From Mobula hypostoma (taxonomy: Eukaryota): a stretch of 64,000 nt of DNA. The stretch's first letter is position 1. Each line of letters starts with the position of its first letter. A program made the translations under genes and the position numbers. Below, piece after piece: positions 51,736 to 62,830 of this stretch. The stretch is taken from positions 64,606,001 to 64,670,000 of the forward strand of contig NC_086097.1 in NCBI RefSeq assembly GCF_963921235.1, in the 5' to 3' direction. The notes beneath the pieces were generated by a model. It made no database searches, was not told the origin of the DNA, and saw nothing but the letters and a program-made list of their open reading frames with translations.

Positions 51736-52112
51736 AAGCCTAATACTTTTGAATCTTGTCTCCCTGTGCTATGGAAGCATGTACCAAAATTACCACAAGC
51801 AGCAATATGTTCGTGAACAGTTAATTTAAGCAAAAACAAACTACTGGAAGATCTCCAAGCAACACGGACAAGGATTGTCTCTTGTTTGTGGTTGGTATTG
51901 GAGGATCACAGCAGGACAAGCAACATCCATGGGGAGTAAAGAATTGGTCGAAGTTTTATGTCAAGACTCTATATTGTCAAGACTGAGAATAAAGAGGGAA
52001 GAGGAGAGAAATCAGGAGTGAGACAGGAATAAGGGATGATGGGCAGGAAGAGCCAATCAGAGGAGGGGAGGTGTGGAGCTTGGGAAACAGAGACAAATGA
52101 GTGATAGCTGGA

Positions 52113-52274
52113 CACATCAAAGTTGTTGGTGAACACAGCAGGCCAGGCAGCATCTCTAGGAAGAGGTACAGTTGATTGTACCTCTTCCTAGAGATGCTGC
52201 CTGGCCTGCTGCGTTCACCAGCAACTTTGATGTGTGTTGCTTGAATTTCCAGCATCTGCAGAATTCCTGTTGTT
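52113..52274 (+). mobile_element. Fold-back Penelope-end element (58-bp hairpin)
   Basis: 15-bp TSD TGAGTGATAGCTGGA (52098-52112, 52275-52289); arms 52113-52170 and 52177-52234. It is nested in an older purine-rich Penelope arm (~51900-52610). Confidence 0.85.
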
Positions 52275-53393
52275 TGAGTGATAGCTGGAAGAAGCCAAGG
52301 GGAGTTGGGGGAGGGGATGGGAGGGTGAGGTGAAGGCAGAGGCTAGAGGGAAAAGACTAACAATACTGGATTCTGATAAGTAGTGAAGGTGATCGTGGGA
52401 ACCATTAAGGGAGAGATGAAAAGTGAATGGAACCAGATGAGAAAAAGGGCCCAATGTATGAATTGTCGGGGTAGTAGGTGTACAAGGAGTGGGAGGAGGT
52501 TAAACATGGGAGAAGGAGAGCGAGAAAGAGAGAGGTGAACACAGGCGATGGGTATTAATTGCATTTGGAACAATCAGTACTATTGGGTGTAGACTACTCA
52601 GGTGGGCCAGCCAACTCAGATTGACCTAACCAGCAAAACATTAATCACTGCAGTTTAGTAATATTATGATTAATTAGATTATTTTGCACTAAAGTGGACT
52701 TTGTTTTATTTGTTCTAGTTATGTTCTTTCTTATAAAAACTGCGTATAGTTTATGTTTTTCTTATGAATGGTGCTATGTGCCTGTGAAATTGCTGCAAGT
52801 AAAACAGTGAAATATTGACTAAAGGATGGTAAAGTGTTCCTCCAGGTTGCACTTGGCCTCAGCCGGACAGCGGAGGGCTCACTGGGAGGGACTGGTCAGT
52901 GTGGGAATGGGAAAGGGTGCAACAGGATTGCCACTGCAGACAGAATGTTGGGGTTCTGCAAACTGGTCGCTTAGTCTCGCTGATGGAGAGGAAGCCTCAT
53001 CAGGAGATGGGAGACGATGCACACAAATCAGCTGGAAGTTCTGTTATTGTTTTTGTGATTTTGATTTAAAATCTTGTCCCGGACACCAGGAATAATGCCG
53101 TATTTCCTGATGAAGGTCTCGGCCCATGGATGCTTTCTGACCTGCTAAATTCCTCCAGCAGTTTGTGTGTTTTACTCAGGAATGATGCCACACTCTTGAG
53201 TTAGTGTTATAGTTCCAATTTAGAACCAAACAAGGGTATGGTTTAAATTCACAGCCTAACAGAGCCACCTCCAGTAGTGCTGTACTCTCTCAGCACCTAC
53301 TGAAGGAAGCTGCCAAAAATATTATTCTCAAATCTCTGCATCCTGATCCTATAACTTTGTAACACAGAGAGCTATCAATTGAGCTGTAACTGA

Positions 53394-53410
53394 CACGTGA
53401 CGGCCACGTG
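53394..53410. promoter_or_regulatory. Tandem E-boxes 5 bp apart (ChoRE-like)
   Basis: CACGTG-ACGGC-CACGTG. Confidence 0.35.
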
Positions 53411-54599
53411 CCTAAATTGTTCTTGTTTTACACAATATACCTTTGCTTGACTTGTAATTTACATCAGGAAGCATTAACAAGAGAATGTCACAGCTCAGAA
53501 GGTTTGAAATTAGACAATCTGTTCTCATTAGCCTAGCAGTCTGACCTGGTGTGAACTACGGAGTAATTTACTGCAAGATTCTCATTTTGTAGTACTGTTG
53601 CTGGTTATAAATGAAGCACAGCAATTCATTGCAGCACCTCAAGGAGTCAAGAATATAATGTGTGAAGCACATAAAAAGATCTTTCTTTACATTCATTAAC
53701 ACCCAGAACCCAGGGCTGTTCAGTTTCTCTCTAATGAAGGAGGGATCTTAAATCTAAAGCTTTCCACGGTGTGAAGAAGGCCTCTTCACGCCATTAGATA
53801 ACAGATGAGTGAGATTGGGAAAGGTCACTGACAAAACAGCAGATGGCAATGTGAAGAAAGGATAAAAGGGACTTTAGAAATGAATCTCAGAAAATGAACA
53901 GCACATTTTCAACAGCAATCAACAGTTCCCCCTTGTCCATATGTACAGTTCAATCTGTCAACAAGATGGGAATATCTGTGCACAGCCCTCTTGCAGTTGC
54001 TCCAGTGCTTTGTCTTAACAAAATCAATTCTTATTTCTTCACCTTTGATCTGATGTAGCTGCTGGCATTAAACTGGGCTTATTTCTAGACAGAGTCATCT
54101 GCAGGCTGTAAAATAAGACCTGTCAGATCTGTGGGCAGATTTGTGTGCAATGAGATAACAAGAGCTGGAGGCGCACATAAACCAGGATCGAACAGCACGG
54201 TGACATGACACTGGGGCATTGTCATAACTGTATCCATCCTGCTCAAACACAAACTTTGGCAAGAAGAAATTTCAAAATTTCACAAATAAATGGGTAAATT
54301 GATCAACTCTAATAAATAATGAATCTTCTAAAATCTTCTAAAAGTGCTAAAAGGTTTAAAACCCAAATATATAGCACCAATGTTTTGATCAAATTCATAT
54401 TTCATAAGTTTTTAATTTATCCTTCGTCAGTAGGACAGAAGTGTGCTATATAGTCACATTGGCCCATTGCTTTCCGCTTCCAAAGATCATGCTAGAACTT
54501 CACAGGCAGAAGTACAATGTGCTACAATGGCCTATCAGAGTTCTCTTTGGGAACTAGTCGACTTGATCACCATTTCTGATCTGGCTATTGTTCACGTTT

Positions 54600-55110
54600 G
54601 CACTTAATAAAACAAAACGAAAAGCAAAGGAGTGAGATGGTAAACAGATTGAGGAAAGAAAAAAGAAAGGGAGGGAGGGGGAAAATTACAGGAAGTTGGA
54701 GCAATTATGTTCATGCCATCAGGTTGGAGACTACTCAGACAGAACATGAGGTGTTGCTCCTCCAACCTGAGTTTTGCCTCATCAGAACAGAAGAGGAGGT
54801 TGTGGTGGAATGGGAATGGGAATTCAAATTGAAATGGGTAGCCACTGGGAGATCCAACTTTTTGTGGCGGATAGAGGAAAGGTGGTTGACAAAGAGACTT
54901 CCTGATCTACTTTGGGCATCACCGATGTAGAAGAGGCTGCATTCATAGCACTGGATACAACAGATGACTCTCAGGTGAAATGTTGCCCCATCTGAAAGAA
55001 CTGTTTGGGGCTCCAATAGTAAGGGCAGCTGTAGCACTTGTAATGGCTGCAGAGGAAAGTAGCAGGAGGGAGATCAGTGGGGAGGGATAAGTGGAAGTGC
55101 AGGAGTTAAT
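54600..55110 (-). mobile_element. Penelope GIY-YIG fragment, decayed
   Basis: VICCIQCYECSLFYIGDAQSR..HLSSIRHKKLDLPVATHFN. Confidence 0.8.
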
Positions 55111-55330
55111 GTACTGTCCTGAACTGTGCATCAAGTGGCAGGGATGTGTCTTTAACAATATGTTAATACAGGAGATGGCCACTAAGTGCCTTCTCTGATC
55201 TTATCCTGAACTTTTCAATTGGCACCAATTAACATGAACATTCATCTATTCTCTTCTCCTGTATAGTTTCAAAGATTCCACACCCAGGAATTGTTTTTTA
55301 TGACGCCAGAACATCAGTTAAATTTTAACT
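55110..55330 (-). pseudogene. Decayed FN3-like block (possibly continuing at 54420-54600)
   Basis: GVESLKL..NVHVNW (55225-55239) and KDTSLP; beyond the Penelope insert, VAHCTSAC..ESNGP. Confidence 0.35.
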
Positions 55331-56479
55331 ATGGACAGGTTTTTCATTTCCTGAAGACTGGTTCTCATTTTAATTAATACTGCTATCCAGAATTTCTCAA
55401 TACGTAACAAAACTTTGGGATGAATTTCTGGTCAGTTGTATTTTCTTTGTTATAATTATTGTTTGGTTTATTGGTGTTAAAATAATCTCTATTATTCAAA
55501 CACTGAGATTCAAGATTCATGTGCATTTATTATCAAAGAGTGTATAAATTATACAACCTTGAGATCTGCTTGCTCACAGGTAGCCACAAAGCAAGAAACC
55601 CGAAAGAACCCAATTAAAGAGAAAAAAAGACCAATGCCTGATGCACAAGAGAAAGAAAAAAAGCCCCACAAAACATGCAAACAAATGAAGTAAACAATAT
55701 TATTCCGAACCAAAAATTGGGCCCTCTGATCCGAACCCTGGAGCAGCCCAGAGTAGGCCCAAAGCCTCGCTTATCAGTTATCATATTAGCGGCATGGAGA
55801 ACAGCAGCCAAGGCAGTCTTCATTGCCTCAGAACCGTGGAAAGAGGAGTGACCATTGCAGAGAGCAGGTGAAATCAGTTCTCACCTCAGATTCCAACACC
55901 CTGTTTTCTCAGTCAATTTGGTCCAGCGTTTAAATTGACCAAATGATGGAATAGTGAAAGGCTCCGGCGCCCTGGAGAGGAAAGTGAACATCGTGGAGAG
56001 CAAGCAAAATCAGCTCCTACGTTTAAATTGTCTAAACAGCATATCATACCTCGCACTAGGATCTGGCTGCAATGAGAGACTCTGGGCCTAGACAACGCTG
56101 CACAGCAACTTTCCCTGGGCCCAGATTTCACTGCCACTCTAAAGCCACTCTCAAGCTCTTCAAGTCAGCCCAATGCCCAGAGTGATCCAATCTGGGCCAG
56201 TTGTACAGGCACTGAATCTTCTCTGCCTGGGCCCCAACTTCTTTCAACACCCAAAGCGATCCAAACCCACACCCGAGCCAGTTGTACAGGCATCAGAACT
56301 CCATCTGCAACGATTCTTGTCCCATCCCCTGAACTTGCCTCACCATTGCTCGCCCCTTCACTGTTTGCAACAATAATTTAATACAAATTACCTCAGAAAA
56401 GTTATTTTTGGTTTTGTTTGTAGTTGGATGTCTTAGCTTTTTAACTACCAGAGATTTGTCACATGTGCTTGGTTGCTCT

Positions 56480-57340
56480 ATCTTAACCGGAGTCAGTTTT
56501 CCTTCTAACTTGTCCTTCAGAGAATTCTATAAACAGGTCTGATCTTAGGTCCGATGTTCCCAAATGCCTTTCTCTGGAGATCTGCCGGAGGAATTCCATA
56601 CTAGTGAATTTAATATCTTTATGGTGTAGTGCTTTAGGTATTGGGGTCAACATCTAGCCAGGGTAACAGTTATTGGCTGTCAGAGAATGCGGTCAAGCCT
56701 CTCAGACACCATGTGCTTGCCTCAGCTGGTTGTTGCAAACTGTCTAAAAGATGGGGTGGTTCATCTTGCTGGGTGCTGACTTTGGTTCCCCTCTCCTTCA
56801 CTGGAGAATGGAGGTGGTGCTAGAGCTACAGTCACAGGCGGTCGTCTGGTGAGACAGGAAGTCTAGCCAACCCAATTCTGAGGGCTGCCCTCACTCTGAA
56901 CCAGCAGAGTTGACTCCAGAGGGTAATTTCTTTGTGTGTCCAGCCAACATCTGTTTCATTCCACTCCAACCCAATAACAAAGCTATGTTGTGACACCGAA
57001 TCATTGATTCACTTGCGTAAATATTCAGCACAATAAGATACACACAGAATAACGGGTGCATGTAGAAAACTAACAGCAGAAGTGTTGCTCATTTTAAACC
57101 ATATTGCTGTAAGTGTAAAGTCAAATAATCAGTGGTTTATAACGCACCAACTCTCTTTCAGTTCTGCTTCCCCCACAATTAACATCCCAGGAATACTACC
57201 AGTGGCAGGTGTTTTATTTGTAATACTTGGATGCCTCCTCAACTTCCCATCATTTCTTCCTCTGCGACTCTTGTCTTTCATTGCCAGGAACCTAGGGAAA
57301 TTGTATGAGTAGAGGCAGAAAGCTGTGGCCACCATAACTA
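56480..57340 (-). pseudogene. Decayed FN3-like block
   Basis: FDFTLTA; WSGMKQ..GVNSAGS (56897-56917); LRGLTAFS (56682-56699). Confidence 0.45.
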
Positions 57341-57419
57341 AGTCAACATGTTAAAACAAGGGATTGGGGTGGAGAGGGGTTCGGGCGGTTCTGTGAAAAA
57401 TGAATTTAAATCCTTAGAA

Positions 57420-58490
57420 AAAGGAGACATAGGATGAAAAGATGTAGAATCCTTGTGGGTAGAGTTAAGAAACTGCAATGGTAAAAATACCTTGATGGAA
57501 GTTATATGTGAGTTCCCAAACAGTAACCAGGATGTGGGGTACAAAATTGCAACGGAAGATAGAAAAAGCATGTAAAAGGGGCAATGTTACTATAGTCCTG
57601 GGGAGTTTCAATATGCAGGTAGATTGGGAAAATCAGATTGGTGCTGGATCCCAAGAGAAGGAATTTGCAGATGGCGACGAGTTGGAGCAGCTTGTGGTTG
57701 TGACTACTGGGGAAAAGGCAATTCTGGATTGCGTGTTGTGTAATGAACTTGATTTGATTAGAGAGGTTAAGAAGCCCTTAGGAGATAGTGATCATAATAT
57801 CATGGAATTCGCCCTACAGGTTGAGAGGGAAAAGCTCAATATTACAGCGGAGTAAAGGGAATTACAAAAGCATGAGAGAGGAACTGATTGGAAGGGTCAC
57901 TAATAGGAATGATGGCAGAACAGCAAAGACTGGAGGTTCTGGGAGTAACTTGGAAGGTACAGGATATCACATCCTAAAGATGAAGAAATACTCTAAAGGG
58001 AGGATGAGGCAACCGTGGCTGACAAGGGAAGTCAAAGACAACATAAAAGCAGAAGAGAGGGTGTATAATATAGCAAATTTAGTGGGCCCTTTAATTAAGA
58101 AAAGGTTTCTGATTTATACCTATTGAATATTGAAAGGCCTAGATAGAATAGATGTAGGGAGGATGTTTCTTCTAGTGGAGGAGTCGAGAACCAGAGAGAA
58201 GTCTCAAAATAGAATGACATCCCTTTAGAACAGAGATGAGGAGGACTTTCTTCAGCCAGAAGGTGGTGAATCTCTGGAATTCATTGCCACAGTTGGCTGT
58301 AGAGGCCAAGTCACTGGGTATATTTAAAGTGGAGGTTGATAGGTTCTTGATTATTAAGATTACGGGCAGAAGGCAGGAGAATGGGGTTGAGAGGGGTGAT
58401 AAATCAGCCATGTTGGAATGGCAGAGCAGACGTGATGGGCCGAATAGCCTGATTCTGCTCCTATGACTTTTGGTCTTGTGGTCTAAGGTG
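57420..58490 (+). mobile_element. CR1 LINE (EN region plus 3' end, internally deleted)
   Basis: IVLGSFNMQVDW..AILDCVLCN..PLGDSDHN; QPWLTREVK; RRTFFSQKVVNLWNSLP. Confidence 0.85.
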
Positions 58491-59529
58491 TAGATCTCAT
58501 TGAATCCTGTTGAATATTGAAAGGCCTAGTTAGAGTGGAACAGGGTCCATGGTGCATTTCACACTCTCATTGCTTGCTGCAATATGATCATTGGCTGAAC
58601 ACAGGACAAGGAGAAGGATCAAAGGATCAAGGGTTCAGCTAACTGCGCTTCAGCGTAGGTAAGGAGCCCAAATAACAAGGCTCATGGAACCTGAGCCTGG
58701 ATGTTACAGGATCTGCTATCAACTGCAGGCAAGGTGACTGACAGTAGGGCCACTGAAGCAATAAATAAGAGCCAACACAAACAAGGGATAGTCCAACTAT
58801 GTCCTATTGACACTCAACGGTGACCATCAGTGCATAAACATCATGGAGGTTGCTGGGGACCAAAATATTAACTAAAGCTGACATATAAACACTGCGCACT
58901 CAGAAACAGGACAAGGCCGGGGTACTCTGTGGCAAGGGGTTCAACTCCTACATCATCAATGGCACACATCAGGAATGTCTTGGAATAAGCTTCTCTTGCT
59001 TGGATCTCGACCTGTGTGCAGGAGTTCAAGCCCAGCACTTGAAGATATTTCGAGTAATACTCATAAAAAGCTGGAGGATCTCAGCATGCAGCATCTGTAG
59101 AGTGGGAAAAACAGTCCATGTTTCACCCTTCATCAGGATGTTTATTCCTCTCTATCGATGCTGCCTCATCTGCTGAGTTCTTCCAGCATTTTGCATGTGT
59201 TACTCTAGATATTCCAGATAGCATTGGCACAATCTCCTGTGTTTATGACTTGAAGACATTTGATGCTGTCCACAATAAAATAACTCATGCAAAGAGACCC
59301 TATTTAACACACACTCATTTTTCTAGTGATGTATTTCCTGCATTGTGTACTTGTCATAAATGTGTGAGTATTTGTGACTGCTGCCTTTTTGGAAAACAAA
59401 TGCAGTAATTTCATGGATACACCCCAACTTACAACTTTGCCTCATCCTGACTGTCCAATATCTAGATGCTTCCTTTGCGTCCTGCAGTGCCTTACATCAC
59501 CTCAAACAATGCTGTGGAAGATAGAACCT

Positions 59530-59900
59530 CACTATTTTCCTAGTGGTGGTTAGAGATGATGATTAAATGTGGACCCACCAGCAGCCCTTACATCCTGTGA
59601 TTGAATACACAAAAAGAAGATTTCCCTTCCTTGTGGCTTTCACACTCCCTCTCTCATTGCTGATCATTCCAGTTATGCCTAACCACACTTCAAATGAAAA
59701 TAAGATACGAAACAATGATCATTCCATGTCATATTCAGTTAGGTTCCAGGGGAAACATGCAAATATCCAACAATCTTGGACACAGACCTGGTGCTTGCCT
59801 TCCTCAAGCCTTTGCAGCTCTTGTCTGAGCTGAATGATGATAGAGAAAAGCAAGGGGAATGAGAGTGCTTGGATCAGGGAACAAAACAAGTCTCCACAAG
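59530..59900 (-). pseudogene. Decayed FN3-like block
   Basis: QAPGLCPRL..PLEPN*I (59732-59752), then YSITGCKGC (59581-59607), resembling usherin ACTxxGC. Confidence 0.45.
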
Positions 59901-60189
59901 GATAGCTAATGAACTAGTCCAATAATTCATGCCTCTCCCCTGGGTGACATGAATATAATCCCTATCATCACTTTCAGACTTGGTTTCAAAGCCATGAGTG
60001 AAACTGTGTATAATGCAGTGGCTTTATAGACCTAGTGATCGAGGTTCAATCTCAACCTCTGGTGCTATCAGTGAAGAGTATCAACATTCTCCCTGAAACA
60101 TGAAGTTTTGTGTGGGTGCTGTTTCCACCCCCCCATCCCTAAGATTTGCTGGATGGTGGGTGAATTGGCCACCATAAATTACGCTACTA

Positions 60190-61641
60190 GAGTGCCTATA
60201 AAATGTATTCATCCTCTTGGAAGCTTCCATGTTTTATTGCTTTTTTGTACACTGATCAACAGAAAAGGACTCTTCCATGTCAAAATGAAAAGAGATCTCT
60301 ACAAAATGATCTAAATTTATTACAAATATAAAACACAAAATAATTGATTGCATAAGTATTCACCTCCTTTAACAATACACACCAAATCATCAATGGTGCA
60401 GTCAATTGGTTTTAGAAGTCACATAATTAGTTAAATGGAGATCACCTCTGTGTAGTCAAACTGTTTCAATTGATTGTAGTAAAAATACACCTTCCAGATA
60501 CAGGTGTATTTTTATCCCTTGGAGTACAGTTAAGTCAATCATCAAGAAATGGAAAGAATATAGCACAGCTGTAAATTTGACTAGAGTAGGCTGTCTTCAA
60601 AAACTGAGTGACCATGCAAGAAGGGGACTAGTGAGGGAGGCCACCAAGCAACCTATGACAACTCTGGAGGAGTTCTAAGCTTCAGTGGCTTAGGTGGGAG
60701 ACTGAACATACAACAACTGTTGCCCAAGTGCTTTACCAATTGCAGCTTTATGGGAAAGTGGCCAAGTGAAAGCCACTGTTGAAAAGAACTCACATGAAGC
60801 CTCGACTAGAGTTTGCTAGAAGGCATGTGGGAGACTCTGAAGTCAACTGGAAGAAGGTTCAATGGCTTTATGAAACCAAAATTCAGCTTCTTGTCCATTA
60901 GACTGAATTCTATGTTTAGCGTAAGCCAAACACTGCTTATCATCAAAAACACACCATTCCTACCGTGAAGCATTATGGTGGCTGTATCATGCTGTGGGGA
61001 TGCTTCACTGCAACAGGCCCTGAAAGGCTTGTGAAGGTAGAGGGTAAAATGAATGCAGCAAAACATGGGAATTCTGGAGGAAAACCTGATGCAGTCTACA
61101 AGAGAACCGTATCTTGAAAGAAGACTTGTTTTCTAGCAAGGCAATGGCCCTAAGCATAAAGCCAATGCTACACAGCAAAGGCTTAAAAATGACAAAGTTA
61201 ATCTCCTGGAGTGGCCAAGTCAGAGTCCAGATCTCAATCCAATTGAGAATTTGTGGCTGGACTTGAAAAAGGCTGTTCACTCATAATCCCCATGCAATTT
61301 GACAGAGCTTGAGCAGTTTTGTAAAGAAGAATGGTGAAAAATTGCTGTGTCCAGATGTGCAAAGCTGATAAAGACCTATCCACACAGACTCAAGGCTGCA
61401 ATTGCTGCCAAAGGTGCATCTACTAAATACTGACTTGGAGGAGGTGAGTAATTATGCAATCAACTATTTTGTGTTTAATAACTGTAATAAATTTAAACCA
61501 CTTTGTAGCAACTTTCACCCAAAAGAGTCTTTTTCTGTTGATCAGTGTCAAGAAAGCCAAAGTAAATCCCTTGTGATTTAATGTTGTAAAACAATAAAAC
61601 ATGAAAACTTCCAAAGGGGGGAATACTTTTTGTAGGTACTG
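60190..61641 (+). mobile_element. Tc1-like DNA transposon with decayed transposase
   Basis: TA on both flanks, long imperfect TIRs, [30 protein letters not shown] and C-terminal AIAAKGASTKY*; several stops. Confidence 0.92.
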
Positions 61642-61849
61642 TATGTATATATATATGGAAGAGTCAGCAACTGTTAATGGGCATATGATTGGAGACTACA
61701 GGGAAACAAGTGAGGGAATGGGATTGATGGAAATGCTCTGAGAGCCAGCATAGACTCAATGGAAAATGTGTTATAAGAAAATATGTGAAAATATGAAACA
61801 GGATGCCAGAAGCGTCATGGTTTCAAGCTGAGCTTTTACTGCAGTGTGC

Positions 61850-62830
61850 ATGCTGGAAGCTGAGAGCTTGGTCATCAGGTGTTCCCTGGATCGTTGTATC
61901 TGCAGGATGGTGCTGATTACTGTCTTAGTGCTTCAAAAAAAAGGGCTGCAGTCTCCAGACAATTATTCTCACACAGTCCTCGGCATTACATGGAAATAGG
62001 AGAATATTCCAAGCATTTTGAAAAATAGAGCCATTAGCCATCTTCTGCTCAGGCTCCATCCTGGAGCAGATTATGAATAAGCTGGCACCTGAACTACCCT
62101 CCCCGGCTGCAGACCCACTTATACCAAGTGACACACCTCAGATGCATCAAGCTCAAGATGCATTGGCTGTGACAATGAGCCATTGGATGTGACTTGTCAG
62201 GTTAATTGAAGTTATAAATTAATAATTCCTGGTTATTAATTCCTGGTGCTGAGCAGGCAGAGCTGGGATGGTTAAGGGATAGAAGAAAACTGAAGGGAGA
62301 AGGAGGGAGGGGATAGAAGAGGTCCATGTTTTACTCCTGATGTAAATTGGAAGAGACTCTATATAAAGAAAAAATGAAATGGGGTGTGAGAGAGAGAGAG
62401 TGCATCAGTGGTTGTTACTGCCAGGGTATATTTTTAAACTCTGGTCTACGGAATCTGTAGATTCTTCTTGTGACTTCATGAAGTTCACTTTAGCCCCAGT
62501 TCTCTCCCGTTCCAAAAGATAGACTGCTTGGTAGATTACGCAGCTCCTTTAACGTTCTCCCAATATAGGTGGGTGGCAGAAAACTCTGGGGAAGTAAGTG
62601 GCGAAATGGCACCAATGAGTTTGTTCTGAAAGCTGGTGTAAACGTATTAGTCTCAATGGCCCCCTTCTGTGTTGTGAGAAAACGTAAGACTTCAGACATG
62701 AGCATAGGATTACCTCTAATTAACTCTCTCAAGCCATTGGCAATGATGTGAGATCTACTTCATTACCAGGCAGCGCTCTCTCTCTTTGTGGCTACTGAAT
62801 TGTTGCACACGGAGCATCAAGCTGCTGAAG
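61850..62830 (-). pseudogene. Two decayed FN3-like blocks (61850-62200, 62420-62830)
   Basis: SLFII..EPEQKMANGSIFQ..IIVWRLQPFF; IANGLRELIRG..FRTNSLVPFRH. Confidence 0.45.

Larger units (their letters stand above)
9250..62830 (-). pseudogene. Candidate fossil usherin (USH2A)-like FN3-repeat gene: decayed exons scattered across the window
   Basis: At least ten non-repeat blocks give FN3 motifs on the minus strand, through stops and frameshifts: WEDPQTPN, SNGII, QLNGI, PLEPN*I, LQPF, L*PYT, LLPFSS, YTVELRDWNNYG, VNSAGS, VGACT, YSITGCKGC, PPCLKIAGP. Recognised by eye only. Confidence 0.55.
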
